64,000 nt of DNA, taken from assembly GCA_016181305.1 (NCBI GenBank), contig JACOZN010000010.1, positions 1-64,000 on the forward strand, written 5' to 3'. Of this stretch, positions 34,172 to 44,652 are shown in pieces. Every line of letters begins with the position of its first letter. Positions within the stretch are counted from its first letter, which is position 1. The notes beneath the pieces are model-generated. The model had not been told where the DNA came from and made no database searches. It saw only the letters and a program-made list of their open reading frames with translations. The DNA is from Candidatus Woesearchaeota archaeon. Its GTDB lineage: Archaea; Nanobdellota; Nanobdellia; Woesearchaeales; GW2011-AR4. The position numbers and the translations under genes are program-made.

Positions 34172-36140
34172 AAAATATGAGAGGATTGAAGCTATCGCAT
34201 TTGCGCTTGCACTCATTCCATTATTGGTTTATTCTGTCCATGTTACCGACTGGAAAAGCTCGTATCGCGAGATGTGGTATGTGTGCCTTGACTACATGGG
34301 GCAGGGCGCTTTGTACGGCGGGCAGCCGTTCTGCGAGCAGGGCGGTCCTTTTTTGTACCTGCCTCAGCTTATTTTCAAGAAGCTCTTTGGGAATTTCCAG
34401 ATTTTGACTGGTATAATGATTACAGCCCTGTATATAGCTGCTTTCTTTTTAATGACTAGGGTTTCAAAAAAAGAAACCGGAAAGCCAAACTACGCTTTTA
34501 TCGGGCTGCTTGTGCTGGCATGGCTTTACCCATGGAGCAGCTCCTACAACTACCCGTTTGGCGGCATGATTCTGTTTTTCGGATTTTATATTTTGTATTA
34601 TTCTGCCCTTAGATTTAAGGAGGTAACTGCAGGAATCCTGTTCGCAATTGCCGTTTATGTCAATATCGCAATGCTGATGCCCATACTGATAATAGCTGCG
34701 TTCTATGCGTTCAGAGTTGGCTTGGTAAAAATTGAAAGGAACGAATCAAAGAGCTTCAAAGTGTCAATAAGGTACAAAAAAATAGCCAATATTTTCATAA
34801 TATTCATTCCTGTTCTGCTGTTTTCAATCCTGTTCAGGCTGATGTATCCCAATATATTCAAGTACATAATATTCGCGCATCTTGAGGAGCCCGTACTTAC
34901 ATTCTGGCAGGCATTAAAGGACATGGTTCCTTTTGGATATGTAAACCAGTCTGTTTTCATAGTATATGTTGTGCTGGCTTTCTGCTTTCTTTTGTTCATC
35001 AGGACATTCAGCGTGATTCCTGTGCTTGGCGCACTTGAATTCTGGGTGCTGCTGAACGACCACCAGCATTTTGGCGGCCTGTATTTCGGCAGAAACCACT
35101 TCCTGACTTTCCTGTTTATTATACTTACTTTTGCAATACTCAAGGAGAAGGTGAAAAGGGCATCTTTTGAAAGAATTGCATTGTATTGCGGGCTGTTTCT
35201 TGTCATTGTGTATCCTGCGATAGTTCCACTGCCTTTTGCGCATGATTTCATAGGCAAAAAGCTTGATACCGGGATTTCAAACTTCCAGAAAGAGGTCGGA
35301 TATGGAATTAATTTTGTGCCAAAGCAGGATGGCAATATTCTTGCAGAGTATCCCGAGCTGCTTACAGGCTATGATTTTGATTTTGACATGGAAAGGCTTG
35401 ATGTTGCATCTGACACTGAATACAGGATAAACATAGACGAGTTTTCAGGGCCGAGGCTGGCAAAACTGGGCGTTACAAATTTAACAGGCTGGAGCGCCCT
35501 GAAGCTTGACGAAGCCAAGGCAAAGGCAAATGAGGAAAGGCTTGCTGAAATAAGAAGCCTGATGCATGTCAAGAACTACAGCATGATTGCCATTGGCCCA
35601 AGGTCAGGCGCCACTTTGATTGCACAGGCATTTGAGGGCATGCCTCCTGAGTTCAAGGGGCAGTACTGCAAATTGATTGCGCCCAATATGGAGCATCTGC
35701 CTGTAACAAGCATACATATTGCGACGATATACCTAAAAGACATAAAAGACTGCCAGACAACATTTGTCAGAATGGTTGACTACTATGGCAGGATATTTGA
35801 CAGGATATGCAAAAAAAGCAGGTTTGCAGCCAATAATGTTGTCAATATAATCTTAGGGGCTGTCGGAAGGCAGAAAAATTGCGATAAAGGGGGCAATTTT
35901 GTCGATAATTTTAACCACATTGCTTTCTTTCCCGAGCATCTGGCTTTTATTTTTGGAGCAATGGCTTTGTTTTTGATTTTGTACATTCCTGCCCTTAAGA
36001 AGCACAATAAATTCACCAAAAAATCGCGCATGATTTATTATATTATTATCATTGCGATGGTTGCTATTGCGGCTTATCTCGTGATGAAGTCATACTCTGA
36101 TTACAGGGAGTTTTTGGGGATTGTGGGGAGCGTGAGGTGA
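34161..36140 (+). CDS. Polytopic membrane protein, possibly GT-C-like
   Basis: About 11 TM helices, N-terminal loop 'GALYGGQPFCEQGGPFLYLP', soluble Cys-containing C-terminal domain. Confidence 0.6.
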   Translation: MDDKKYERIEAIAFALALIPLLVYSVHVTDWKSSYREMWYVCLDYMGQGALYGGQPFCEQGGPFLYLPQLIFKKLFGNFQILTGIMITALYIAAFFLMTRVSKKETGKPNYAFIGLLVLAWLYPWSSSYNYPFGGMILFFGFYILYYSALRFKEVTAGILFAIAVYVNIAMLMPILIIAAFYAFRVGLVKIERNESKSFKVSIRYKKIANIFIIFIPVLLFSILFRLMYPNIFKYIIFAHLEEPVLTFWQALKDMVPFGYVNQSVFIVYVVLAFCFLLFIRTFSVIPVLGALEFWVLLNDHQHFGGLYFGRNHFLTFLFIILTFAILKEKVKRASFERIALYCGLFLVIVYPAIVPLPFAHDFIGKKLDTGISNFQKEVGYGINFVPKQDGNILAEYPELLTGYDFDFDMERLDVASDTEYRINIDEFSGPRLAKLGVTNLTGWSALKLDEAKAKANEERLAEIRSLMHVKNYSMIAIGPRSGATLIAQAFEGMPPEFKGQYCKLIAPNMEHLPVTSIHIATIYLKDIKDCQTTFVRMVDYYGRIFDRICKKSRFAANNVVNIILGAVGRQKNCDKGGNFVDNFNHIAFFPEHLAFIFGAMALFLILYIPALKKHNKFTKKSRMIYYIIIIAMVAIAAYLVMKSYSDYREFLGIVGSVR

Positions 36141-36211
36141 ATTTATCATATAGCAAAATTTAAATATTGCTCGAAAAAGCCTCACTTAATTGATTTTCAA
36201 GGGGTGCTGAA

Positions 36212-37249
36212 ATGAATGTCTTGATAACAGGCGGATGCGGCTTTATAGGCTTCAACCTGTCAATGTTCCTGAAAAAGAAGGGATTCAATGTCATTGCAAT
36301 GGACAATCTTGTAAGAAGGGGCACTGAGATTTCCAGAGCCGTGCTTGAAGACAACGGAGTGGAGTTTGTGCATGGCGATGTAAGGAACAATGAAGACTTC
36401 AGCAATGTTGACAGGAAGATAGACTTGATATTGAACACTGCGGCAGAGCCCTCTGCAATCGAAGGCTACAAAAACCCTTATTTTGACTTCACCAACAATT
36501 CGCTGTCAGTCATCAACATACTTGAGCTTGCGCGAAAGAACAAGATAAAGATAATCCAGTGGAGCACGAACAAGGTTTACTCAGGCGACAAGATAAATGC
36601 CATAAAGACAAAAGAGCTTGGAACAAGGTTTGAGTATGATGACGAGCTTTACAAAAACGGCATTGACGAAAGCTTTCCTATTGACGGTAATGACCATTCC
36701 ATCTATGGCCTGACGAAGCTGACAGCTGACTTGTTCTGCCAGGAATATGCAAACGCATTCAACCTGAACATCATTGTGAACAGATTCAGCTGCCTTGGGG
36801 GAGAATGGCAGTGGGGCCTGCCGAAGCAGGGATGGTTCAGCTGGTGGCCTATTGCATTTGCCTACAAGTTTCCGATAACTTACATAGGGTGGAAGGGCAA
36901 GCAGCTGAGAGACGTGCTTTACATAAAGGACATCTGCGAGCTTGTAATGAAGCAGATAGACAGTATTGATGATTTTAAGGGGGATGTTTTCAATGTCGGC
37001 GGGGGAGTGAAAAACACAATGTCGCTGATTGAAGCTACGAATTACCTTGAAAAAAAGCTCGGCTCAAAGCCCGCCATAAAAACAGAGCAAACACCGAGAA
37101 GGGCTGACCAGTGCGTTTATGTAAGCGACATAAGAAAGGTTTCAAAGACATTCAACTGGCAGCCAAAAGTGAGTCCTGAAGCAGCGTTGGACAGCATCCT
37201 GAAATGGGTGATGGAAAACAGGCAAATGCTTGACAAGGTTTACAAGTAA
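36212..37249 (+). CDS. NAD-dependent epimerase/dehydratase (CDP-paratose 2-epimerase-like)
   Basis: 'LITGGCGFIG', 'STNKVYS', 'SIYGLTK', 'NRFSCLGG', 'RRADQCVYVSD'. Confidence 0.88.
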   Translation: MNVLITGGCGFIGFNLSMFLKKKGFNVIAMDNLVRRGTEISRAVLEDNGVEFVHGDVRNNEDFSNVDRKIDLILNTAAEPSAIEGYKNPYFDFTNNSLSVINILELARKNKIKIIQWSTNKVYSGDKINAIKTKELGTRFEYDDELYKNGIDESFPIDGNDHSIYGLTKLTADLFCQEYANAFNLNIIVNRFSCLGGEWQWGLPKQGWFSWWPIAFAYKFPITYIGWKGKQLRDVLYIKDICELVMKQIDSIDDFKGDVFNVGGGVKNTMSLIEATNYLEKKLGSKPAIKTEQTPRRADQCVYVSDIRKVSKTFNWQPKVSPEAALDSILKWVMENRQMLDKVYK

Positions 37250-37260
37250 AGGTTTCTATT

Positions 37261-37977
37261 ATGAGGCATAGCTTATCTGTCATAGTCGCGTGTTACAACG
37301 AGGAAAAAAACATAGCCCGCACTTTGAAAAGGATAAGCAAGATAGTCCCTTACGCCGAGATTATTGCAGTTGACGACGGCAGCGCTGACAGCACTTCCGA
37401 AGCTGCAAAAAAGGCAGGCATAAAAAATCTCAAAGTTGTATGGTACAGGCAGAACATGGGCAAGGGCTATGCAATAAGAAAAGGGGTTGATGCTGCAAAA
37501 GGGGCTGTGCAGGCGCAGGTTGACGCTGACTCGCAGTTTCCGCCTGAGGAGCTGCCAAGGCTGATAAAGCCGATTCTTGATGATAATGCCGATGTTGTCT
37601 TTGCATCGAGGTTTGTTAAGGGGAGCACTATACAGAAAGGCTCGCTGACAAAAATGAGGAGGCTGGCTAATTTTGTAGTCTCGGGGTTTACGTCAATTTT
37701 GGCTGGAAAAAGGTTTACAGACGTCAATGCAGGGTTCAAGGCATGGAAAACCAGTGCAATAAGGGACATTGATTTTCGGTGCAGGCATTTTGCATACGAG
37801 CCTGAAATTGCGATAAAGGGCATTGACAAAGGCTACAGGTTTGTCGAAGTGCCTGTCAATTACAAGGGAAGGCAGAAGGGCATCAGCAACGTTAAACTTT
37901 TAAGGGACGGGATAATCATACCATTGTATTTATTAAGGCTGAAATTATCGCTTGTGAAAAAAAGGATTTTTGGCTGA
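37261..37977 (+). CDS. GT2 glycosyltransferase, polyprenol-phosphate sugar synthase-like
   Basis: 'CYNEE', 'VDDGSAD', 'MGKGYA', 'DADSQF', 'DVNAGFKA', 'FAYEPE'. Confidence 0.9.
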   Translation: MRHSLSVIVACYNEEKNIARTLKRISKIVPYAEIIAVDDGSADSTSEAAKKAGIKNLKVVWYRQNMGKGYAIRKGVDAAKGAVQAQVDADSQFPPEELPRLIKPILDDNADVVFASRFVKGSTIQKGSLTKMRRLANFVVSGFTSILAGKRFTDVNAGFKAWKTSAIRDIDFRCRHFAYEPEIAIKGIDKGYRFVEVPVNYKGRQKGISNVKLLRDGIIIPLYLLRLKLSLVKKRIFG

Positions 37978-37978
37978 C

Positions 37979-39619
37979 ATGAAGCTTTCAGGCTTGCTGG
38001 AAAACGCATATTTGATCCTGGTATTCTCAGTCTTATTGCTCATCGGCAATGCAAATTTATGGAATCACCAGCTGTCGCATGATTTTCCTTATGGATACCT
38101 TGCGTCTGACGCGTTCCAGCACCAGATCAGGGCTGACGCAATAAAGGACGCAGGCAATTTCAGATACGAGGCAAGCTACATATCGCATGGCTTTGAGAAC
38201 GCAGTCGGAAGATACCCCCCGGTCATTTATCATCTGGCTGTAATGTTTTCATATCTGTCAGGGCTGCAGGTTTATGATGCAATATACTTCATTGTTTTTC
38301 TTTTTGCGTCCTTAGCTGCAATGCTTATGTATATCATAATTAGAGGCGCTAATAAGAACGCTGCATTGATTGCCCTTCCAATGTCATTGCTGATATTCGC
38401 AAACCCAAACTACCTTGGCTTTGCATGGGGGCACTGGCCTTCAATACTCGGGCAGTTTTTCCTCATAGCCCTCTTCTGGGGCATTCACAGGATTGGCATA
38501 GAAAAATCATTTCTGCTCATCGGGATTTTTTTAAGCGCTATAATCATGACTCATACCTCTGAGATTGTCTTTGCAGGGTTTTTCATTCTTGCTGTTATGG
38601 CGGCAAATTTTCTGCTTAAAAAATTCAATGCCAAGGACATAAAAAAATTGGCATTTGCCGGGATTTTAGCATTGATATTAACAGCCTATTATCTGATAAT
38701 TTTCCTAAACAGCTGGTTTGTTGTACAGCCGTACCAGTTCAGCGTAAAGCCAGTATGGGAGGGCAACCCGGGATTTTACCTTGCAGATTTCAAGATTTTG
38801 CTGGTGTTCATCCTGATTGGGCTGCTGCTTTTTTTTGCCACAATTAAAAACACCAATGCTGCTTTTCTGGCAGGCATAAGCATGCTGGTGATGGGCTACG
38901 GCAACTATTTCGGGTTTGACTGGAGGGCTTTCCAATTGAGGTTTTTATGGCCGATTTATCTCTCTGTATTTTTTGGATTTGCTGTCTATTATATTTTGAA
39001 ATTTTTCATAAAGAACTGGAATCTTATTTATTCAATCCTGGCAAGTGCGGTTTTTCTGGCGCTTTTATTGGGCTTGGTTAATGTTCCTTTTATTCCACAT
39101 TACCAGAAGCTTGAAACTCGGGGCATAATGGATGGATTTCATTGGCAGGCTTTAAGGTGGCTGAGCGAGAATACCCCAAGCAGTGCAAAGATTTATTTCT
39201 TTTACGGCGACATCTACAGCCAGGATGCCCTGCTGAGGAACTCCAAAAGGGTGCATTCTCAGGTTGACCCCAATGATTTTGTAAATGCAATAAACAGCAG
39301 GAAGGTTATGAGGCAGTATGCAACAGAGCTGCCTGGAGACGGAGGGGGGGGCATTGCCTACAGAAAGTCATTTTTATCATTCGGGCTTTATAACAACGAG
39401 GTGCCTGAAGACTATTTTTGGGGAAAAAAGGACATATGCCGGTTTGACTATTTTGTTTTTGACAAAGCGTCAAATCAGCAGGCGCTGGCGCAGTATAATT
39501 TAATTATAGCAAAAAAACTGGTGGAAAAAAAATCCGAGCCGGTTTTTGAAAATCAGATTGTTGCCATATTGAAAAACAACAAAGTAGGAGGCGACTGCAT
39601 TGAGGAAGGAAACTTTTGA
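37979..39619 (+). CDS. GT-C-like polytopic membrane protein (paralogue of 40280..41830)
   Basis: 'PYGYLASDAFQH', 'YPPVIY', 'WGHWP', 'WLSENTP'; about 11 TM helices. Confidence 0.7.
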   Translation: MKLSGLLENAYLILVFSVLLLIGNANLWNHQLSHDFPYGYLASDAFQHQIRADAIKDAGNFRYEASYISHGFENAVGRYPPVIYHLAVMFSYLSGLQVYDAIYFIVFLFASLAAMLMYIIIRGANKNAALIALPMSLLIFANPNYLGFAWGHWPSILGQFFLIALFWGIHRIGIEKSFLLIGIFLSAIIMTHTSEIVFAGFFILAVMAANFLLKKFNAKDIKKLAFAGILALILTAYYLIIFLNSWFVVQPYQFSVKPVWEGNPGFYLADFKILLVFILIGLLLFFATIKNTNAAFLAGISMLVMGYGNYFGFDWRAFQLRFLWPIYLSVFFGFAVYYILKFFIKNWNLIYSILASAVFLALLLGLVNVPFIPHYQKLETRGIMDGFHWQALRWLSENTPSSAKIYFFYGDIYSQDALLRNSKRVHSQVDPNDFVNAINSRKVMRQYATELPGDGGGGIAYRKSFLSFGLYNNEVPEDYFWGKKDICRFDYFVFDKASNQQALAQYNLIIAKKLVEKKSEPVFENQIVAILKNNKVGGDCIEEGNF

Positions 39620-39959
39620 AATGATGAGAAAGGAATTGGCTAAACTGGGAATTTTATTTCTGCTGTTTATTTTAATATTCAAGATAATATACTTCAATGA
39701 GAGTTTTTTTGTTGTGTTCAGGGCAGTGATTGCAATTTTCTGGATGTTTGCATTGCCCGGCTATTTCCTAATGCTTTACTGGCATGAGAAGCTTGAGTTT
39801 CTGGAGAGATTGATTGCCGGGATTGCATTAAGCGCTGCAGTGATTGGAATCAGCAGCTATTATGCTGGTTTGATAGGGCTAAATATAAAATACCATACGA
39901 TAATTCTGCCTGCTGTGTTGATAGTTTTAGGAATAATCATCAATTTTAGGAAGCAGTAG
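39600..39959 (+). CDS. Small three-TM membrane protein (DUF1616-like)
   Basis: 'LPGYFL...LERLIAGIALS'; overlaps the upstream gene. Confidence 0.7.
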   Translation: MRKETFEMMRKELAKLGILFLLFILIFKIIYFNESFFVVFRAVIAIFWMFALPGYFLMLYWHEKLEFLERLIAGIALSAAVIGISSYYAGLIGLNIKYHTIILPAVLIVLGIIINFRKQ

Positions 39960-39962
39960 AAT

Positions 39963-40283
39963 TTAACTTTTTTTCATGTATTTCTTAGCCATGAAAGCAA
40001 TTACAATCAATAAAATGAAGGTTATTGCTATTGCAGCCCTCAATGAAATTACCAAGCCAAGCAAATAAACAACTGACGGGAATATGCCGACGCCTATAAA
40101 GAAAGCAAAGACTATTTTTTCCTGCGCAGATAAATCAAAATTGTTTAGTATCAGATAAGCTGGCAGGATAAATAACAAAATTGTTCCTGCTATTGTCCTT
40201 AAGCCTGTTATTCCGAGGGCTGCAAAGAAGAATATTGCTGTTAAAGCCAAAATTATTGCCATGAATATTTTGTTTTCTTTCAT
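39963..40283 (-). CDS. Small three-TM membrane protein (DUF1616-like), paralogue of 39600..39959
   Basis: 'LPAYLIL...EKIVFAFFIG'; overlaps the upstream gene by 4 nt. Confidence 0.7.
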   Translation of the reverse strand: MKENKIFMAIILALTAIFFFAALGITGLRTIAGTILLFILPAYLILNNFDLSAQEKIVFAFFIGVGIFPSVVYLLGLVISLRAAIAITFILLIVIAFMAKKYMKKS

Positions 40284-41830
40284 TTTAGCCTGTAAATCCT
40301 TATGTTATTTTTGTCATAAAGCAAAGTATATTTTTTCAGCTCATTTGATTCAAACTGCCTCAGTTTTTCAATGCCTGCCCTGTCATTCAGAAGGATTAAA
40401 TCAGTGTAGTCAACCATAAGATAATCCTGTGCTGTTGGCAGGTTCTCAAAAAAGCGGTTTAGCCTTTGCGAGAAAACCGCCATCCACGGCAGATGCCTGT
40501 ACAATGGCTCCGGAACCCCGACAACAGAGACATTGGAAGTTGGAGGTATATTGGCTCTTGCCCATTCGCTTGCCTCGTATTGTGATGGGGTAATCCTGCC
40601 AAGCCCTGCATAAGCATTTTTTAATGTTTCAGCGCTTTTTCCATTGATTGAAATTATTAAAACAGCAATTACTATGAATATGCCATACTTGATATAATCT
40701 TTATATTTGGACTTGATAAATGACGCCAAAGACAATGCCCCTATTGCTGTAATAGGCGCAAATATATGCGCGGATGCTGAAAGCGAGCGGTGTAAAAATG
40801 CTGCCTTTCCGATTATGTCGCGGTGCAGGACAAGATACAGGCTGACAAGCCATGCAAGCATGAGCAAGTCATTTCCCTGCCTTCTGAACGCCAAAACAGC
40901 TATGCCCAGAAGCAGGAAAGGCAAAGTCCACAAGCCGTGCATTTCCCCGAATGAGAAGTATGACTCCGGGACAGAGCCTGTGAAATCCTTTGGATTCGGA
41001 GCCCAGTGAACAAGCCTTGAAAGCCCGAAGCCCTTTTTTGCCTCTTCCCCCTTGACACCAAAGCGCGCAAACGTGTTGCCTGTCTGGTATGGGAAGATTG
41101 CGAGCATTACAATTATTATCAAGGCGCACAGAAGAATGTGCTTGAAATTAAACGGCGCTTTTCTTTCCTTGATGAGCAGGAATACGAACAAAACAGCTAT
41201 TCCGAGCAAAGAGTGAAATGCCGCCAACTGGTGCATGTAAAGGTTTATCCCGAATAATATTGCTGTTAAATAAAGATAGACTGTTTTTTCCTTTCCATCA
41301 GCATAGGATGTATAGTATCTGTAAAAGCAGTATAGGATTAAAGGCACATATGCATATGCAAGCCTTTCAGGCCACTGCCCCCACAGGAAAGGCAGGAAAT
41401 CAAGAGGCGAGAACACTAAAAACAAGGCTGAAAGCAAAGCAGGCAAAAACCCGAATAAGGAGTTTATTACAAAATACACTGATATTATTATTGCTGTTGA
41501 GAAAACTGCATTGAGGATGTAAATTGGCACTATTCTTTCGCCTGCTACCGCCTGTATTACTGCAAATGCCGTATGGAATGGCGGGTAGTACCACAATGTG
41601 TGCGGCTTGTAAATGTTGTCTGTGCCGTACCTGAAGTCAATGTAATGGGGCAGGTTCACAAGCGACTTGTCATTGACTGCCATATAATCAGCGACTTCAA
41701 CATGGGATATTGCATCGTACTCTCCGTAAGGCAGCCTGTTTTTCTGCAAAGGCTGGGTCCAGATGTATATTGCCGATAAGTAAAGGGCAATGAATATGAG
41801 TGTTTCAAGCCATGACTTGTTCAGCTTCAT
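40280..41830 (-). CDS. GT-C-like polytopic membrane protein (paralogue of 37979..39619)
   Basis: 'PYGEYDAISH', 'YYPPFH', 'WGQWP', 'WARANIP'. Confidence 0.7.
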   Translation of the reverse strand: MKLNKSWLETLIFIALYLSAIYIWTQPLQKNRLPYGEYDAISHVEVADYMAVNDKSLVNLPHYIDFRYGTDNIYKPHTLWYYPPFHTAFAVIQAVAGERIVPIYILNAVFSTAIIISVYFVINSLFGFLPALLSALFLVFSPLDFLPFLWGQWPERLAYAYVPLILYCFYRYYTSYADGKEKTVYLYLTAILFGINLYMHQLAAFHSLLGIAVLFVFLLIKERKAPFNFKHILLCALIIIVMLAIFPYQTGNTFARFGVKGEEAKKGFGLSRLVHWAPNPKDFTGSVPESYFSFGEMHGLWTLPFLLLGIAVLAFRRQGNDLLMLAWLVSLYLVLHRDIIGKAAFLHRSLSASAHIFAPITAIGALSLASFIKSKYKDYIKYGIFIVIAVLIISINGKSAETLKNAYAGLGRITPSQYEASEWARANIPPTSNVSVVGVPEPLYRHLPWMAVFSQRLNRFFENLPTAQDYLMVDYTDLILLNDRAGIEKLRQFESNELKKYTLLYDKNNIRIYRLK

Positions 41831-41909
41831 GAAAAGCCCTAATTTACAGGTGTTTATAAAGATTTAGCTATCAGAAACCTTTAAATTAAGCCAATATTTC
41901 TTTTTATGA

Positions 41910-42917
41910 ATGAAAATTTTGATAATAAAGCTCGGCGCAATAGGGGACGTGCTGAGGACAACCGCCATATTGCAGGGCTTGAAAGAAAAGTACAGGAATT
42001 GCTATATTAGCTGGGCAACCAAAAAAGAGTCTTTTGGCATTTTGAAGAACAATAAATTCATTGACAGGATATTTTTGATTGGCAATGGGGCAAAAAATGA
42101 GCTAAAAGAAAAAGAATGTGATTTAGTCATAAGCTTGGATGATAATTATGAAGCTTGCGAATTTGCTTCTGGTGTAAATCCAAAAAAATTAGTTGGGGCT
42201 TACCTAAAAGATAATAAAAGAGCCTATACAAAAGACTCTGCCTTGTGGTTTGACATGGGATTGATTTCAAGGTTTGGGAAGAAAAAAGCTGATATCCTAA
42301 AGGCAAAAAACAAAAAAACGTATCAGGAAATAATGTACAAAATGCTCGGGCTGAAGTACAAAAAGCAGGAGCCTATATTGAACTTGACTAAAAAGGAGCT
42401 TGATTTTGGCAGAGAGTTTGCGCAAAAAAATAAAATAGGCAAAAAAGATTTGGTTATCGGCATTAATACAGGTGCAGGGGGAAGATGGCATGACAAGAAG
42501 CTAAGCATTGAAAAGGCTGCTGAGTTGGTTGATGAATTGAATAAAATAAAAAATGCAAGGTTATTGCTTTTTGGCGGCCCTGAAGAAAAGGAAAGAAATG
42601 GGCGGATAAAAAAATTAATTAAAACAAAAATAATTGATGCTGGCTGCAGCAACTCATTGATGGAATTTGCCTCTTTGGTCAATTTATGCAATATCTTGGT
42701 AACTTCTGACAGCCTTGCAATGCACATTGGAGTTGCCCTGAAAAAGAAGGTTGTTGCATTTTTCTGCCCCACAAGCCCCTATGAGATTGAATTATACAAC
42801 AGGGGGATAAAGATAGTGCCGAGAAAAGGGTGTGTCTGCTGCTACAAAGAGAAATGCGATATTACTCCGGAGTATGATGTGGATGAGATTGTGAGGGGTG
42901 TGAAAAAGTTAATTTAA
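41910..42917 (+). CDS. GT9 family (heptosyltransferase-like) glycosyltransferase
   Basis: 'IKLGAIGDVLRTT', 'GINTGAGGRW', 'LVTSDSLAMHIGVAL', 'FCPTS'. Confidence 0.88.
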   Translation: MKILIIKLGAIGDVLRTTAILQGLKEKYRNCYISWATKKESFGILKNNKFIDRIFLIGNGAKNELKEKECDLVISLDDNYEACEFASGVNPKKLVGAYLKDNKRAYTKDSALWFDMGLISRFGKKKADILKAKNKKTYQEIMYKMLGLKYKKQEPILNLTKKELDFGREFAQKNKIGKKDLVIGINTGAGGRWHDKKLSIEKAAELVDELNKIKNARLLLFGGPEEKERNGRIKKLIKTKIIDAGCSNSLMEFASLVNLCNILVTSDSLAMHIGVALKKKVVAFFCPTSPYEIELYNRGIKIVPRKGCVCCYKEKCDITPEYDVDEIVRGVKKLI

Positions 42918-44518
42918 CTTTTTTTCTTAAATATAAGCTTATACCAGAAGATTACACCAAATCCAAAAATTACTAATAATGTTGTACCGGCTACAAATTC
43001 CCTGGTCTTTAGTTTTGACAATAACTGGGTTGCACCCCTTCTTGCAATTTGATTTAAACTTTCATTTTTCAATGTTAATCCAGAAGTTTGAGTCGTTTGT
43101 GCTGCTACTTGAGGCTCTATTTTTGCATTCTTCGCTTCGGTTATTGATTCTTCTTCTTTTACTTCACATTTTTTACTAGTTATCAGAGGTTTTGATTCTT
43201 CGGGACATGGAGTTTCCTGTGAATGCTGAGGAACTTTGACGAAGTTGCACTGCCTTGTTTGTAGTCCATCAATGCAATCACTCCATTCACTACATTGCCA
43301 ATCCATATTGCAAACATAACTAATGCCGCTGCCGCCTCCACCACTTCCGCCTCCGCCGCCTCCAGAGCTGCCACCGCCAGAAGAGCTTCCTGAACTGCCA
43401 CCGCTACTATCCCCGCTACTGGCAGGCGCCTCTTGGGTAGTATAGGTGCTAAATTGTGTAACATTAAAAATCAAAGTACCATCTGAATAATTCACTATTT
43501 TGCATATTGTATCTGGGCATTCAATGCCATCTTTCAAAATTTTTGGGGTTGTATTGTATGTTAGATTATATAGATAAAGTGTGGAGCTTTTGTTTAATGA
43601 CGGAATAGCGCTGCTGTTTATTTCAATTCTATTGCTGGAGATTTTTATATATTTACTAATATCTGATACTCCATCCAGACTTACAGCTTCGGCAAATTTT
43701 ATTTTGCCAGAATCAACTTGTTCAAAAGTCAGGTTCTCTATCCTTGACATATTGACTTGGGTAAAATCCGTTGTTTCGCCTGAAAAATTACCTATTACAA
43801 TTAAAGTGAATCTTCTTGTTCCAGTTATGCTTTCAAAACCTGCGGCATCTGTACAAGCAATACTCCAATTATAGTATTGTATACTTTCAATAGTTGTTGA
43901 AATATTTATTTTAATTTCTATCCAATTCATTATTATAGAGAAGTAGTCTGTCTTATTTACTTTGTTATTGAATATTAAAGAACAGTTTGCCAGTGGTGAT
44001 GCATCAGTTATAGAATATGCAAATGTTAATTCTTTTGAAATATTATTTGAAATATTTGAATTATCTACACTAAAAGCGCTATTATTTACTGGTCTATTAA
44101 TATTAGAAATTATTGGGGGGAGTCTATCCAGAGTTATTCTTTTGGATGATACCGCTGTAGTAGAAGCAGTATTATTTATCCTGAAGCTAATGTTATAAAA
44201 ATGCTGGTCTGCATTTGAAATGTTCCAAGGATAAGAACAATTCCCGCTTAAATAATCAGCTGAATAATTTGTAGTAACATTGACAGTAGACCATTCTACA
44301 TTGCAATCACCATCTTCAGCTATACATAACTCGCAAGAGTTATTAGCATTAAAGCCAACCCCAGAGTCTGAAAAATTAGCAAATAATACCAAGTTATCGA
44401 TTGTAGTTATATATGAGGATAGAGATTTATCAATCTCAATGATAGGAATCGCTCTAACGTATAAAACTGACACTAACAAAAATAGCGAGGCAATTAGCAG
44501 CAAGGCTGGTTTCTTCAT
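42914..44518 (-). CDS. Membrane-anchored surface protein: Ig-like domains, Gly/Ser linker, TSP1-like Cys/Trp module, C-terminal TM
   Basis: AAGAGGAGA RBS before ATG 44518. 'DRLPPII', 'GGSSGGGGGGSGGGG', 'CNMDWQCSEWSDCIDGLQTRQC'. Confidence 0.75.
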   Translation of the reverse strand: MKKPALLLIASLFLLVSVLYVRAIPIIEIDKSLSSYITTIDNLVLFANFSDSGVGFNANNSCELCIAEDGDCNVEWSTVNVTTNYSADYLSGNCSYPWNISNADQHFYNISFRINNTASTTAVSSKRITLDRLPPIISNINRPVNNSAFSVDNSNISNNISKELTFAYSITDASPLANCSLIFNNKVNKTDYFSIIMNWIEIKINISTTIESIQYYNWSIACTDAAGFESITGTRRFTLIVIGNFSGETTDFTQVNMSRIENLTFEQVDSGKIKFAEAVSLDGVSDISKYIKISSNRIEINSSAIPSLNKSSTLYLYNLTYNTTPKILKDGIECPDTICKIVNYSDGTLIFNVTQFSTYTTQEAPASSGDSSGGSSGSSSGGGSSGGGGGGSGGGGSGISYVCNMDWQCSEWSDCIDGLQTRQCNFVKVPQHSQETPCPEESKPLITSKKCEVKEEESITEAKNAKIEPQVAAQTTQTSGLTLKNESLNQIARRGATQLLSKLKTREFVAGTTLLVIFGFGVIFWYKLIFKKKS

Positions 44519-44652
44519 TAAAATTCTCCTCTTATGGAAAAACAAAAAAAAACCACTTTTTAGTATATAAAATGAACAATTTATTTAAACTTTCCTATAA
44601 AATTTAAGAGGATAACTAAATTTATAAATGCCCATATATGCCATTGAAATAG

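Noticed and set aside
43270-43320. C-mannosylation (WxxW) target for the local GT-C enzymes
   Set aside because: Trp spacing is W-x4-W, not WxxW, and nothing in the sequence links it to a DPY19-like enzyme.
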